From Octopus sinensis (Eukaryota), in contig NW_021825066.1 in assembly GCF_006345805.1 (NCBI RefSeq), positions 1-16,705 of the forward strand: DNA of 16,705 nucleotides, written 5' to 3'. Below the pieces are notes generated by a model that was not told where the DNA came from, did not search any database, and saw nothing but the letters and a program-made list of their open reading frames with translations. Positions within the stretch are counted from its first letter, which is position 1; each line of letters begins with the position of its first letter. Positions 1-10,124 of the stretch are shown piece by piece. The position numbers were made by a program, and so were the translations under genes.

Positions 1-133
1 AAAACCGTGGACCATCTTGCGACGCGATGCAGTAGAATGCTAAATTCAGATTATACCAGAAGGCATAACGAGATTGTGAGGTGTGTTCACATGCACTTGT
101 GTCGGAGATTTGGAATGAAGAAGTGAAGAAGTC
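1..133 (+). mobile_element. 3' end of an upstream copy of the endonuclease-less R4-like retrotransposon (CCHC/RHN region), joined to satellite
   Basis: 1-133 reads identical to 4377-4509 (KTVDHLATRCSRMLNSDYTRRHNEIVRCVHMHLCRRFGMKK*), including the TGA and the junction GAAGAAGTC|CACATATCTTACGTTTAGGG. Confidence 0.9.
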
Positions 134-1577
134 CACATATCTTACGTTTAGGGACTTTCAAATTGCATAATTTATTACGCAATTTATTACATAATCTCAA
201 ATACCCACATATCTTCACGTTTAGAAACCTTCCTAAATTGCATAATTTATTACGCAATTTATTACATAATCTCAAGTACACACATATATTACGTTTAGGG
301 ACTTTCAAATTGCATAATTTATTACGCAATTTATTACATAATCTCAAGTACCCACATATCTCACGTTTAGGGACCTTCCTAAATTGCATAATTTATTACG
401 CAATTTATTACATAATCTCAAGTACCCACATATCTTCACGTTTAGGGACTTCCCCAAATTGCATAATATATTACGCAATTTATTACATAATCTCAAGTAC
501 CCACATATCTTCACGTTTAGGGACTTCCCCAAATTGCATAATATATTACTCAATTTATTACATAATCTCAAGTACCCACATATCTCACGTTTAGGGACCT
601 TCCTAAATTGCATAATTTATTACGCAATTTATTACATAATCTCAAGTACAAACATATCTTACGTTTAGGGACTTCACCAAATTGCATAATATATTACGCA
701 ATTTATTACATAATCTCAAGTACCCACATATCTCACGTTTAGGGACCTCCCTAAATTGCATAATTTATTACGCAATTTATTACATAATCTCAAGTACCCA
801 CATATCTTCACGTTTAGTGACTTCCCCAAATTGCATAATTTATTACGCAATTTATTACATAATCTCAAGTACCCACATATCTCACGTTTAGGGACCTCCC
901 TAAATTGCATAATTTATTACCCAATTTATTACATAATGTCAAGTACACACATATCTTACGTTTAGGGACTTCACCAAATTGCATAATATATTACGCAATT
1001 TATTACATAATCTCAAGTACCCACATATCTTCACGTTTTGGGAATTTCAAATTGCATAATATATTACGCAATTTATTACATAATCTCAAGTACCCATATA
1101 TTTCACGTTTAGGGATCTTCCTAAATTGCATAATTTATTACGCAATTTATTACATAATCTCAAGTACCCACATATCTCACGTTTAGGGACCTTCCTAAAT
1201 TGCATAATTTATTACGCAATTTATTACATAATCTCAAGTACCCACATATCTTACGTTTAGGGACTTTCAAATTGCATAATATATTACGCAATTTATTACC
1301 TAATCTCAAGTACCCACATATCTCACGTTTAGGGACCTTCCTAAATTGCATAATTTATTACGCAATTTATTACATAATCTCAAGTACCCACATATCTTAC
1401 GTTTAGGGACTTTCAAATGCATAATATATTACGCAATTTATTACCTAATCTCAAGTACACACATATCTTACGTTTAGGGACTTCACCAAATTGCATAATA
1501 TATTACGCAATTTATTACATAATCTCAAGTACCCACATATCTTCACGTTTTGGGACTTTCAAATTGCATAATATATT
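134..1577. repeat. Satellite array 1, 72-75 bp monomer, about 20 copies
   Basis: Consensus AAATTGCATAAT(T/A)TATTACGCAATTTATTACATAATCTCAAGTACCCACATATCT(T/C)ACGTTTAGGGAC plus a variable 4-6 nt pyrimidine-rich tract. TTGCATAA cores at 163, 238, 310, 384, 459, 534, 608, 682, 756, 831, 905, 979, 1052, 1126, 1200, 1272, 1346, ~1417 (degenerate), 1491, 1564. Confidence 0.98.
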
Positions 1578-4509
1578 TAAAAAGATTTTTTGTTTAGTGG
1601 TGTAAGGATGGTTGGTTTTTCTCAGTCTGGAAAAGTCATTTCCATGGACGCATCCACAGAATACCAAGTAAATGACGCTCAAGAAAATGTGGATTTGTCT
1701 GTTCATGGCTGTCTTAATGCCCCTGTCAAATACAATGAAACTCAGCAGCTCTCGTCAACTTTGTTATCCTTAAAAGCTATTTGTGAGTCTATTGATTCGC
1801 CCAACCCAGGAGAGTGGATGTCATCTCTTTTGAACTATGTCAAAGATCGTCTCAAGCGAGTACCTAGGGGAGGGTGGCCACTTATGGCCAGCTATTTTAA
1901 TTCTAAATTGGTAAGAAAAATCGATATTCGAATTGAAAAAACTTGCTACTACTTTCCGCGGAAATAATGAAATCACCAAAACTGGACATAATATGAATAG
2001 AAAATTACCTGATTTGACACTGTACAACAAAATTTTTGAAGAATTATTAATTCAAATTGATCAAAATAAATCAATACCAATCGAAGAAAGGAAGCAAACA
2101 AGAAAGATTCAATCTCAGCATGTAAATCATGAAGTGATTGAAATGATTAATAAAGCCCTAATTGAATACACGTCGAATAACATTCCTGCAAGTATTGAGG
2201 ATATTTCGTCTTTGATATACTCAGCACAATGTGTATATCAACAGATATCAAGTAAATTGACATTCAAGTCGAATTGGAAACAAAAAATCCAAAATAAAAT
2301 TGAATCTTTGATGGAGAATGATCGGTTAATATCAAAGCATTTTATGTCCACCACTAAAGATGAGGAACGGAAGAAAGCAGTAGACATTCTCTGCTCCTAC
2401 AATTATAAGAAGTCTAAAAGGGGGGAGTTTGAGAGAATATCGTCTACAATAAATGATCAAATCAAAATTCTAAACAAAAAGTTATCAGTTTCAGATTCAA
2501 GAAGGCAATATGGAATAGATAATAGAAACTTCGAGTTGAACAGAAGATCGTTCTACAGAAAGCTGAATCCCAATTCTGATAACAAACAAATTGCTGGTTT
2601 TGACTCGTCTGAGTGTCTCAAGTTTTGGGTGATGTTTGGAAGAAAAGGGATAAAACTGATTTGGGCCTTGGAGTGAACAAAAGAGTAACTGGAGTGGAAG
2701 ATAATGCACCTGACGTTAGCGACGAGTTTATATCAAACTTAATTGAGTACCTTCCTAATTGGAAGGCTCCGGGATGTGATGCTGTGTACAATTTCTTTAT
2801 CAAAAAGCTGGACTCTCTTCACAAATTTCTTTTCCAAGAGATCAGAAATATTATTAATGGTGTCAGTCAACCACAAGGATGGTTTTACACTGGAATTACA
2901 TTTTAATCCCAAAGAAAGCAAACTCTGTTGATCCGAAGGACCTTAGACCAATTACATGCATGCCGTGCTTATATAAATTGGTCACAAAATGTGTGAACGA
3001 AAAAATCGCTGTATATGCTGATACTTACGATCTGATAACGGAGTTCCAGTTGGGATCTAAACGCCATTGCCAAGGAGCAAAGGAATTAGCGCTTCTAAAT
3101 AGACGCGTTAATGAAGTTTATGGAAACAAATTATTATGTGCATGGATCGACGTAAAGAAAGCTTTTGACTCAGTGAGTCACGAATTCTTTTTGAAGTTTT
3201 GGAAAACTCAGGACTACCTAAATGGATAACGAAATTTATGATGTCAATAATTCCTAACTGGAGAGTGTCGTTAAGATTAGGAAAAGAGCTGCTTGGAACA
3301 GTTAATATTGATCGTGGTATACTCCAAGGTGACTCACTGTCACCACAGTTATTTGTATTGGTCTTGGATCCATTAAGCAGGATTTTATCTTTAAAATATC
3401 CGAGTATGTCAATCAATACTGGTGAAGACAAGTCCTTAACCTTTTCTACCAATCATTTTCTATTCATCGATGATTTGAAGCTTTTTGCTCAGAAGGAAGA
3501 GACACTGGCACGCATGATGGAGGATGTGAACATTTACTTTAAACTGGCTGGTTTGGAGAAGAATTTTGAGAAATCAGCGACAAATTGTTATTTGTTGAGG
3601 AATGAAGCTACATTAATGGATGGACTAGATAGCTATCGCTATCTGGGGGTGCTAGAAGACAGATGCAGTAATGTTCTTAAAGAGGATGTACTCAAAAATA
3701 TTAAAGAAGAAATGCAAAAGCGTATTGGAAGACTATCGGAAACTAAACAAAATGCAGTCAATCTATTTAGAGCAATTAATGAGCATGCTCTATCGCTGAT
3801 TAACTATTATATCGGTCTACTCGATCTGGAACCATCTTGTTTCGAAGAAATGGACAAGTTTGTCAGAAAGCTGTTGGCTGATTTGAAAATTCACATGAAG
3901 CCAGCCTGTAAAGAAAGACTGTATCTGCCAAGAGATACACTTGGAAGGGGACTTGTATCAGTTGCCTTTAAGGCGGAAAAAATGCTGTTGGACTTCAAAA
4001 CCAATTTGGAAAGGCGAAAGTTAATCTCCTTGAGAAAAGCAGCAATTTTGTGGGCCGAACAGAAAGGAAAACCCATATGGCCACAATCACAGAATTCCTG
4101 CATTGTAAATATGGAACAACCACACTCGATGAGATTGCTAAATCACTACGTGACTTGCAGATAGAGTCACTGTTGCTTAGTATTAAAAAGAAAAGGTTGC
4201 ACTCGAAGCTATTTGAGTCGCTTGAGAATAATACTTTTGATATCCCAACATCTTCAACATGGCTAAAGAAAGGGAATATATCTCCTAAATCTGAGGCAAT
4301 GTTCTCTTTTCTTCAAGACAGAAACGTCTTTTTCAGAAACTCTGATGAAAAATGCCCACATTGTAAATCCTCGCCTAAAACCGTGGACCATCTTGCGACG
4401 CGATGCAGTAGAATGCTAAATTCAGATTATACCAGAAGGCATAACGAGATTGTGAGGTGTGTTCACATGCACTTGTGTCGGAGATTTGGAATGAAGAAGT
4501 GAAGAAGTC
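1578..4509 (+). mobile_element. R4/Dong-clade (RLE-type) non-LTR retrotransposon, near-complete 5' end, truncated before the endonuclease domain
   Basis: Non-satellite block between arrays. RT motifs across overlapping ORFs: LPNWKAPGCD, DLRPITCMPCLYK, WIDVKKAFDSV, GILQGDSLSP, HFLFIDDLKLFA, YRYLG, RLYLPRDTLGRGL, then CPHC...HLATRC...RRHNEI. The PD-(D/E)xK endonuclease expected after RHN is absent. Confidence 0.88.
1608..4502 (+). pseudogene. Retrotransposon RT ORF (about 965 codons) split by five single-base frameshifts, ending in TGA 7 nt before the satellite
   Basis: ATG at 1608. The six ORF pieces (1590-1967, 1933-2676, 2613-2906, 2879-3229, 3199-4164, 4050-4502) all overlap, so there is no internal nonsense codon. 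Shifts can be placed in homopolymer runs at ~1920 (A5, +1), ~2628 (G3), ~2902 (T4), ~3188 (T5) and ~4063 (A3). It may be intact in vivo. Confidence 0.75.
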
Positions 4510-7075
4510 CACATATCTTACGTTTAGGGACTTTCAAATTGCATAATTTATTACGCAATTTATTACATAATCTCAAGTACCCACATATCTTCACGTTTAG
4601 GGACTTCCCCAAATTGCATAATATATTACGCAATTTATTACATAATCTCAAGTACCCACATATCTCACGTTTAGGGACCTTCCTAAATTGCATAATTTAT
4701 TACGCAATTTATTACATAATCTCAAGTACCCACATATCTTACGTTTAGGGACTTCCCCAAATTGCATAATATATTACGCAATTTATTACATAATCTCAAG
4801 TACCCACATATCTCACGTTTAGGGACCTTCCTAAATTGCATAATATATTACGCAATTTATTACCTAATCTCAAGTACCCACATATCTCACGTTTAGGGAC
4901 CTTCCTAAATTGCATAATTTATTACGCAATTTATTACATAATCTCAATTACCCACATATCTTACGTTTAGGGACTTTCAAATTGCATAATATATTACGCA
5001 ATTTATTACCTAATCTCAAGTACCCACATATTTCACGTTTGGGAACCTCCCTAAATTGCATAATTTATTACGCAATTTATTACATAATCTCAAGTACCCA
5101 CATATCTTACGTTTAGGGACTTTCAAATTGCATAATATATTACGCAATTTATTACCTAATCTCAAGTACCCACATATTTCACGTTTAGGGACCACCCTAA
5201 ATTGCATAATTTATTACGCAATTTATTACATAATCTCAAGTACACACATATATTACGTTTAGTGACTTCACCAAATTGTATAATATTTTACGCAATTTAT
5301 TACATAATTTCAAGTACCCATATATCTTACGTTTAGGGACTTTCCAAATTGCATAATTTATTACGCAATTTATTACATAATCTCAAGTACACACATATCT
5401 TACGTTTAGGGACTTCACCAAATTGCATAATATATTACGCAATTTATTACATAATCTCAAGTACCCACATATCTTCACGTTTAGGGACTTTCAAATTGCA
5501 TAATATATTACGCAATTTATTACATAATCTCAAGTACCCACATATCTTCACGTTTAGGGACTTTCAAATTGCATAATTTATTACGCAATTTATTACATAA
5601 TCTCAAGTACCCACATATCTCACGTTTAGGGACCTTCCTAAATTGCATAATTTATTACGCAATTTATTACATATTCTCAAATACCCACATATCTTCACGT
5701 TTAGACCTTCCTAAATTGCATAATTTATTACGCAATTTATTACATAATCTCAAGTACCCACATATCTTACGTTTAGGGACTTTCAAATTGCATAATATAT
5801 TACGCAATTTATTACCTAATCTCAAGTACCCACATATCTCACGTTTAGGGACCTTCCTAAATTGCATAATTTATTACGCAATTTATTACATAATCTCAAG
5901 TACCCACATATCTTACGTTTAGGGACTTTCAAATTGCATAATATATTACGCAATTTATTACCTAATCTCAAGTACCCACATATTTCACGTTTAGGGACCA
6001 CCCTAAATTGCATAATTTATTACGCAATTTATTACATAATCTCAAGTACATAAATATATTACGTTTAGTGACTTCACCAAATTGTATAATATTTTACGCA
6101 ATTTATTACATAATCTCAAGTACCCACATATCTTACGTTTAGGGACTTTCCAAATTGCATAATATATTACGCAATTTATTACATAATCTCAAGTACACAC
6201 ATATATTACGTTTAGTGACTTCACCAAATTGTATAATATTTTACGCAATTTATTACATAATTTCAAGTACCCATATATCTTACGTTTAGGGACTTTCCAA
6301 ATTGCATAATTTATTACGCAATTTATTACATAATCTCAAGTACACACATATCTTACGTTTAGGGACTTCACCAAATTGCATAATATATTACGCAATTTAT
6401 TACATAATCTGAAGTACCCACATATCTTCACGTTTAGGGACTTTCAATTGCATAAATATTACGCAATTATTACATAATCTCAAGTACACATATCTTCACG
6501 TTTAGGGACTTTCCAAATTGCATAATATATTACGCAATTTATTACATAATCTCAAGTACCCACATATCCACGTTAAAACTCACGTTTTTAGGGACTTTCA
6601 AATTGCATAATATATTACGCAATTTATTACATAATCTCAAGTACCCACATATCTTCACGTTTAGGGACTTTCAAATTGCATAATATATTACGCAATTTAT
6701 TACATAATCTCAAGTACCCACATATCTTCACGTTTAGGGACTTTCCAAATTGCATAATTTATTACGCAATTTATTACATAATCTCAAGTACCCACATATC
6801 TCACGTTTATGGACCTCCCTAAATTGCATAATTTATTACGCAATTTATTACATAATCTCAAGTACAAACATATCTTACGTTTAGGGACTTCACCAAATTG
6901 CATAATATATTACGCAATTTATTACATAATCTCAAGTACCCACATATCTCACGTTTAGGGACCTCCCTAAATTGCATAATTTATTACGCAATTTATTACA
7001 TAATCTCAAGTACCCACATATCTTCACGTTTAGGGACTTCCCCAAATTCCATAATATATTACGCAATTTATTACA
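4510..7075. repeat. Satellite array 2, same monomer, about 35 copies
   Basis: Continuous tandem copies; an irregular monomer at ~6560-6600 and a cluster of 1-nt deletions at ~6440-6500. Confidence 0.98.
6933..7075 (+). repeat. Left copy of a 143-bp direct repeat flanking the CRE fragment (candidate TSD; right copy 8153-8295)
   Basis: 6933-7075 reads identical to 8153-8295, including the rare variant AAATTCCATAAT, which I find only at ~7044 and ~8264 in the arrays. Confidence 0.65.
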
Positions 7076-8152
7076 GAGATCTACAGAGTAAAGTCAACAA
7101 ACTAATAAATTCTCCCAGCGAGACGGAGGGAACAGCTGTTGCCACGCATGACAGCCAGCAGGATCCTCTGAATGAGGAAAGTAAATTCCCTAGGGTCCTT
7201 GGACCGCGAAGAACAAAGATGTCCCAATTTCTTTAGGGAAGTGAGGGTCCCGGAGCCAAAGACGCCGGAAGTCTCGACAACGATTGGCCAAAACCAAAAG
7301 TCATCCATCAAAGACTGATATTTCCGGCACTTCGAAAGCTCAGCTTTTAGCACGAGACCCAGCAAGAGAGCCGATTCGTTGATGAAAGACTTTGAGAAGG
7401 TATCCACACAAGTGGAATCCCAGACCAAAGGTCTCCCAGAATAAAACGAGAACAACGTAGAGCCGTCCGGCCTTTTCCCGTCACCACGGTCGAGACCCTT
7501 AGGCTCAAGGACAGAAGGGTAGCCGGCCTTTTCGAGTGAGTCGAGAATGATTCTGTTAATCGCCGAATGGCGTGGAATACGACCCGCGCTTTTCTTGCAG
7601 GAGAGGGCATGGAGCCCGTATACGTCCATAGTAGATCCGCACCGGCAGGGGTGGGGACTACAGATCGGAAGTCCGAGGCGGAGGCAAATGCCAAAACGGA
7701 GGGCGTCGGAGTCAAGACAGGTGTCCAAATGGGTCGAAGGAAGGCAGTTAAGCCAAGAGCCAGAATGCGGTTGGCGGCTGGCACGGTAACAAGCCAGTCT
7801 GTGCTGGTTCAGGAGAGCCTCCAACGAGTCCGCATGATGCTTACTAAGAATTTTATCCCATTCACGTTGGAGGGACCTATCAGAAGGGAACTCAAGCCCT
7901 TTTTCCTTCCAAAGCAAAAGTGCAGAATTAATATCAGAGTCCAAACGAGATCCGGGCGATTTTTCAAGAATCTTATGGACAAGAAGATACAATCCTGAAG
8001 ACGATGAAAGGAAAGCGGGAAGAGAAATGTCGAGAGCCGAGCGGAGCCCAAGCCCACCAAAAGGAACAGGAAGTTTGGCCTGACGCCAACCGACATCATC
8101 GAACTTGACGTTAAAAATAATCTCGGCTGAAGAACGCACCAGAGCGTCAAAA
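7076..8152 (-). mobile_element. 5'-truncated CRE-clade (CRE/SLACS/Cnl1/MoTeR-like) non-LTR retrotransposon: end of RT thumb, CCHC finger and restriction-like endonuclease
   Basis: Minus-strand frame open from 8152 to the stop at 7102: WRQAKLPVPFGGLGLR, HSGSWL, LRLGLP, CRCG...HALSC, RH, EP, RPDG, WD, KCRKY, VETSGVFG, QRI..AV.RGN. Visibly more GC-rich than the flanks. Sharp junctions TTATTACA|GAGATC (7075/7076) and GTCAAAA|CAAGTACCC (8152/8153). Confidence 0.88.
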
Positions 8153-8918
8153 CAAGTACCCACATATCTCACGTTTAGGGACCTCCCTAAATTGCATAAT
8201 TTATTACGCAATTTATTACATAATCTCAAGTACCCACATATCTTCACGTTTAGGGACTTCCCCAAATTCCATAATATATTACGCAATTTATTACATAATC
8301 TCAAGTACCCACATATCTCACGTTTAGGGACCTCCCTAAATTGCATATTTTATTACGCAATTTATTACATAATCTCAAGTACACACATATCTTACGTTTA
8401 GGGACTTCACCAAATTGCATAATATATTACGCAATTTATTACATAATCTCAAGTACCCATATATTTCACGTTTAGGGATCTTCCTAAATTGCATAATTTA
8501 TTACGCAATTTATTACATAATCTCAAGTACCAACATATCTCACGTTTAGGGACCTTCCTAAATTGCATAATTTATTACGCAATTTATTACCTAATCTCAA
8601 GTACCCACATATCTCACGTTTAGGGACCTTCCTAAATTGCATAATTTATTACGCAATTTATTACCTAATCTCAAGTACCCACATATCTCACGTTTAGGGA
8701 CCTTCCTAAATTGCATAATTTATTACGCAATTTATTACATAATCTGAAGTACCCACATATCTTCACGTTTAGGGACTTTCAAATTGCATAATATATTACG
8801 CAATTTATTACATGATCTCAAGTACCCACATATCTTCACGTTTAGGGACTTTCCAAATTGCATAATATATTACGCAATTTATTACATAATCTCAAGTACC
8901 CACATATCTTCACGTTTA
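8153..8918. repeat. Satellite array 3, about 10 copies
   Basis: Same monomer; ends at CACGTTTA (8918), then unique sequence. Confidence 0.97.
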
Positions 8919-9091
8919 AATGTGTCATATTCCTCAGAAATAGTATTGCCGTGTTGCAAGAAAGGTACAATATTTCGTTTTATTCTTGATATTGTTCCTT
9001 TACTTGTGTTGTACTTTTTCATTAGTTGCCTCTCAGATAAATTTTTCTTCAAAATTTCTTTAGCAATCTTCAATTTAGTTTCGTAATCCAT
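8882..9091 (-). pseudogene. Truncated pogo-type transposase N-terminus (HTH_psq/CENP-B_N-like DNA-binding domain) running into satellite
   Basis: MDYETKLKIAKEILKKNLSERQLMKKYNTSKGTISRIKRN fits the K-x-x-I...S-x-R-x-L-x-K-K-Y-x-x-S-K-x-T-I-S-R-I-K pattern. The last ~12 codons are satellite-derived. Confidence 0.65.
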
Positions 9092-9337
9092 AACCACAAC
9101 AATAAAAATATAAATTGAAAATAAAACAAAAAATAATTAATTTATTATAATTTTATTTTATTTTTAATTCCTTATAAATGATTTTATGGTGCCCCAAAAA
9201 TTCCATAATTTTTTATCGATTTTTATTTTTTTTCTGCCAAAATGTACTTTTGGAATAAAGTGCCCCAAATTGCGGGGGTGCCCCAAAATCCGAGGGTGCC
9301 CCACCCCTGGGGTTTGCCCCATTTTGGGGTCGGACTG
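8919..9337 (-). mobile_element. 5' end of a pogo/Tigger-like (Tc1/mariner superfamily) DNA transposon, truncated by the satellite
   Basis: Minus strand begins TA|CAGTCCGACCCCAAAATGGGGCA (TA at 9338-9339). TGCCCCA motifs at 9190, 9261, 9279, 9297, 9315 (last four with exact 18-bp period). Followed by a CENP-B/psq-type HTH ORF. Confidence 0.7.
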
Positions 9338-9386
9338 TATAGTCAATATTTTAAATGGTCAACCTGTACAGACATCTTCAAGATAA

Positions 9387-10124
9387 ATAAAATATAAATT
9401 AACTAAAAAATCCACTAAATTTATTGTCATTGATGACTGCTTATACCTCAAAGACGAAAGATTTCAAAAGCACAAACTAGTTATTTGCATGGATAATGAG
9501 AGTGAGATGCAAACTATTGCAGATTCTATTCACCGGAATAGCCATTCTGGAATTCGTAAACTGCAACAGGAATGTTTACACTCCTATTTTACAATAAAGC
9601 GTAAAATTATCGAACGAGTCGTCAAAGTGTGCTCAATATGCAAGTTTTCCATTCCACTTAAAGTATAAAATAAAAAACTTATATGGCAGGTTTCAGATTC
9701 TAAGTACCATGTGATTGCCAAAAGATCAAATGAACGATTCCAAGCAGACCTTATAAACGTTAAAAAATTTAACGATTCGAACGATGGCTACATATGGATA
9801 TTTACCGTCATTGATGTTTACAGTAAGTATGCCATTTGTAAAGGAGTTAAAAATAAATCTGCAATAAGTATATTTATGTTTTATATTGGAATTTAGATAT
9901 TTGTGAGGCTTTCGAAGAAATTTGTTCAGAAATCGGCTTTTGCGAGATTCTACAAACAGATAATGGAACTGACTTTAGGAATAAATATCTCGATTCTTTT
10001 TGCACGAAAAACAAAATCCAACATATTTACGGAAGACCAAATCATCCTCAATCACAAGTAATGACACAATATTTATCTGTTTCAGGGCATCGTGGAAAGA
10101 TTTAATCAAACTTTAACATGCTAG
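9387..10124 (+). pseudogene. Retroviral-type (rve) integrase with H2C2 finger and DD35E triad, split by three 27-29 nt introns (Ginger/GIN/KRBA2-like); no start found, stops soon after the catalytic E
   Basis: Removing GT..AG introns 9663-9689, 9868-9896 and 10058-10085 gives ...HRNSHSGIRK...CSIC...ERFQADL...VIDVYSKY...ILQTDNGTDF...PNHPQSQGIVERFNQTLTC*, with exactly 35 residues between the second D and the E. Confidence 0.8.

Noticed and set aside
87-1605. Many satellite ORFs with LRR-like periodicity (LHNLLRNLLHNL..., MQFRKVPKR...), also in arrays 2 and 3
   Set aside because: Monomers of 73 and 74 bp are common and shift the frame constantly, so the ORFs are by-products of the repeat.
7347-8165. 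Overlapping and antisense ORFs (7347-7784, 7547-7789, 7567-7998, 7809-8165)
   Set aside because: Shadow frames of the GC-rich CRE coding sequence, with no motifs.
134-8918. CRISPR-like array (palindromic repeat with captured transposon pieces)
   Set aside because: There are no unique spacers between monomers and no cas genes. The inserts are 0.4-2.9 kb and join at different monomer positions, and the context is eukaryotic.
134-8918. True telomere or immediate subtelomere because of TTAGGG
   Set aside because: Only one hexamer per monomer and no pure tract. The G-strand points toward the APC10-containing unique region rather than away from it.
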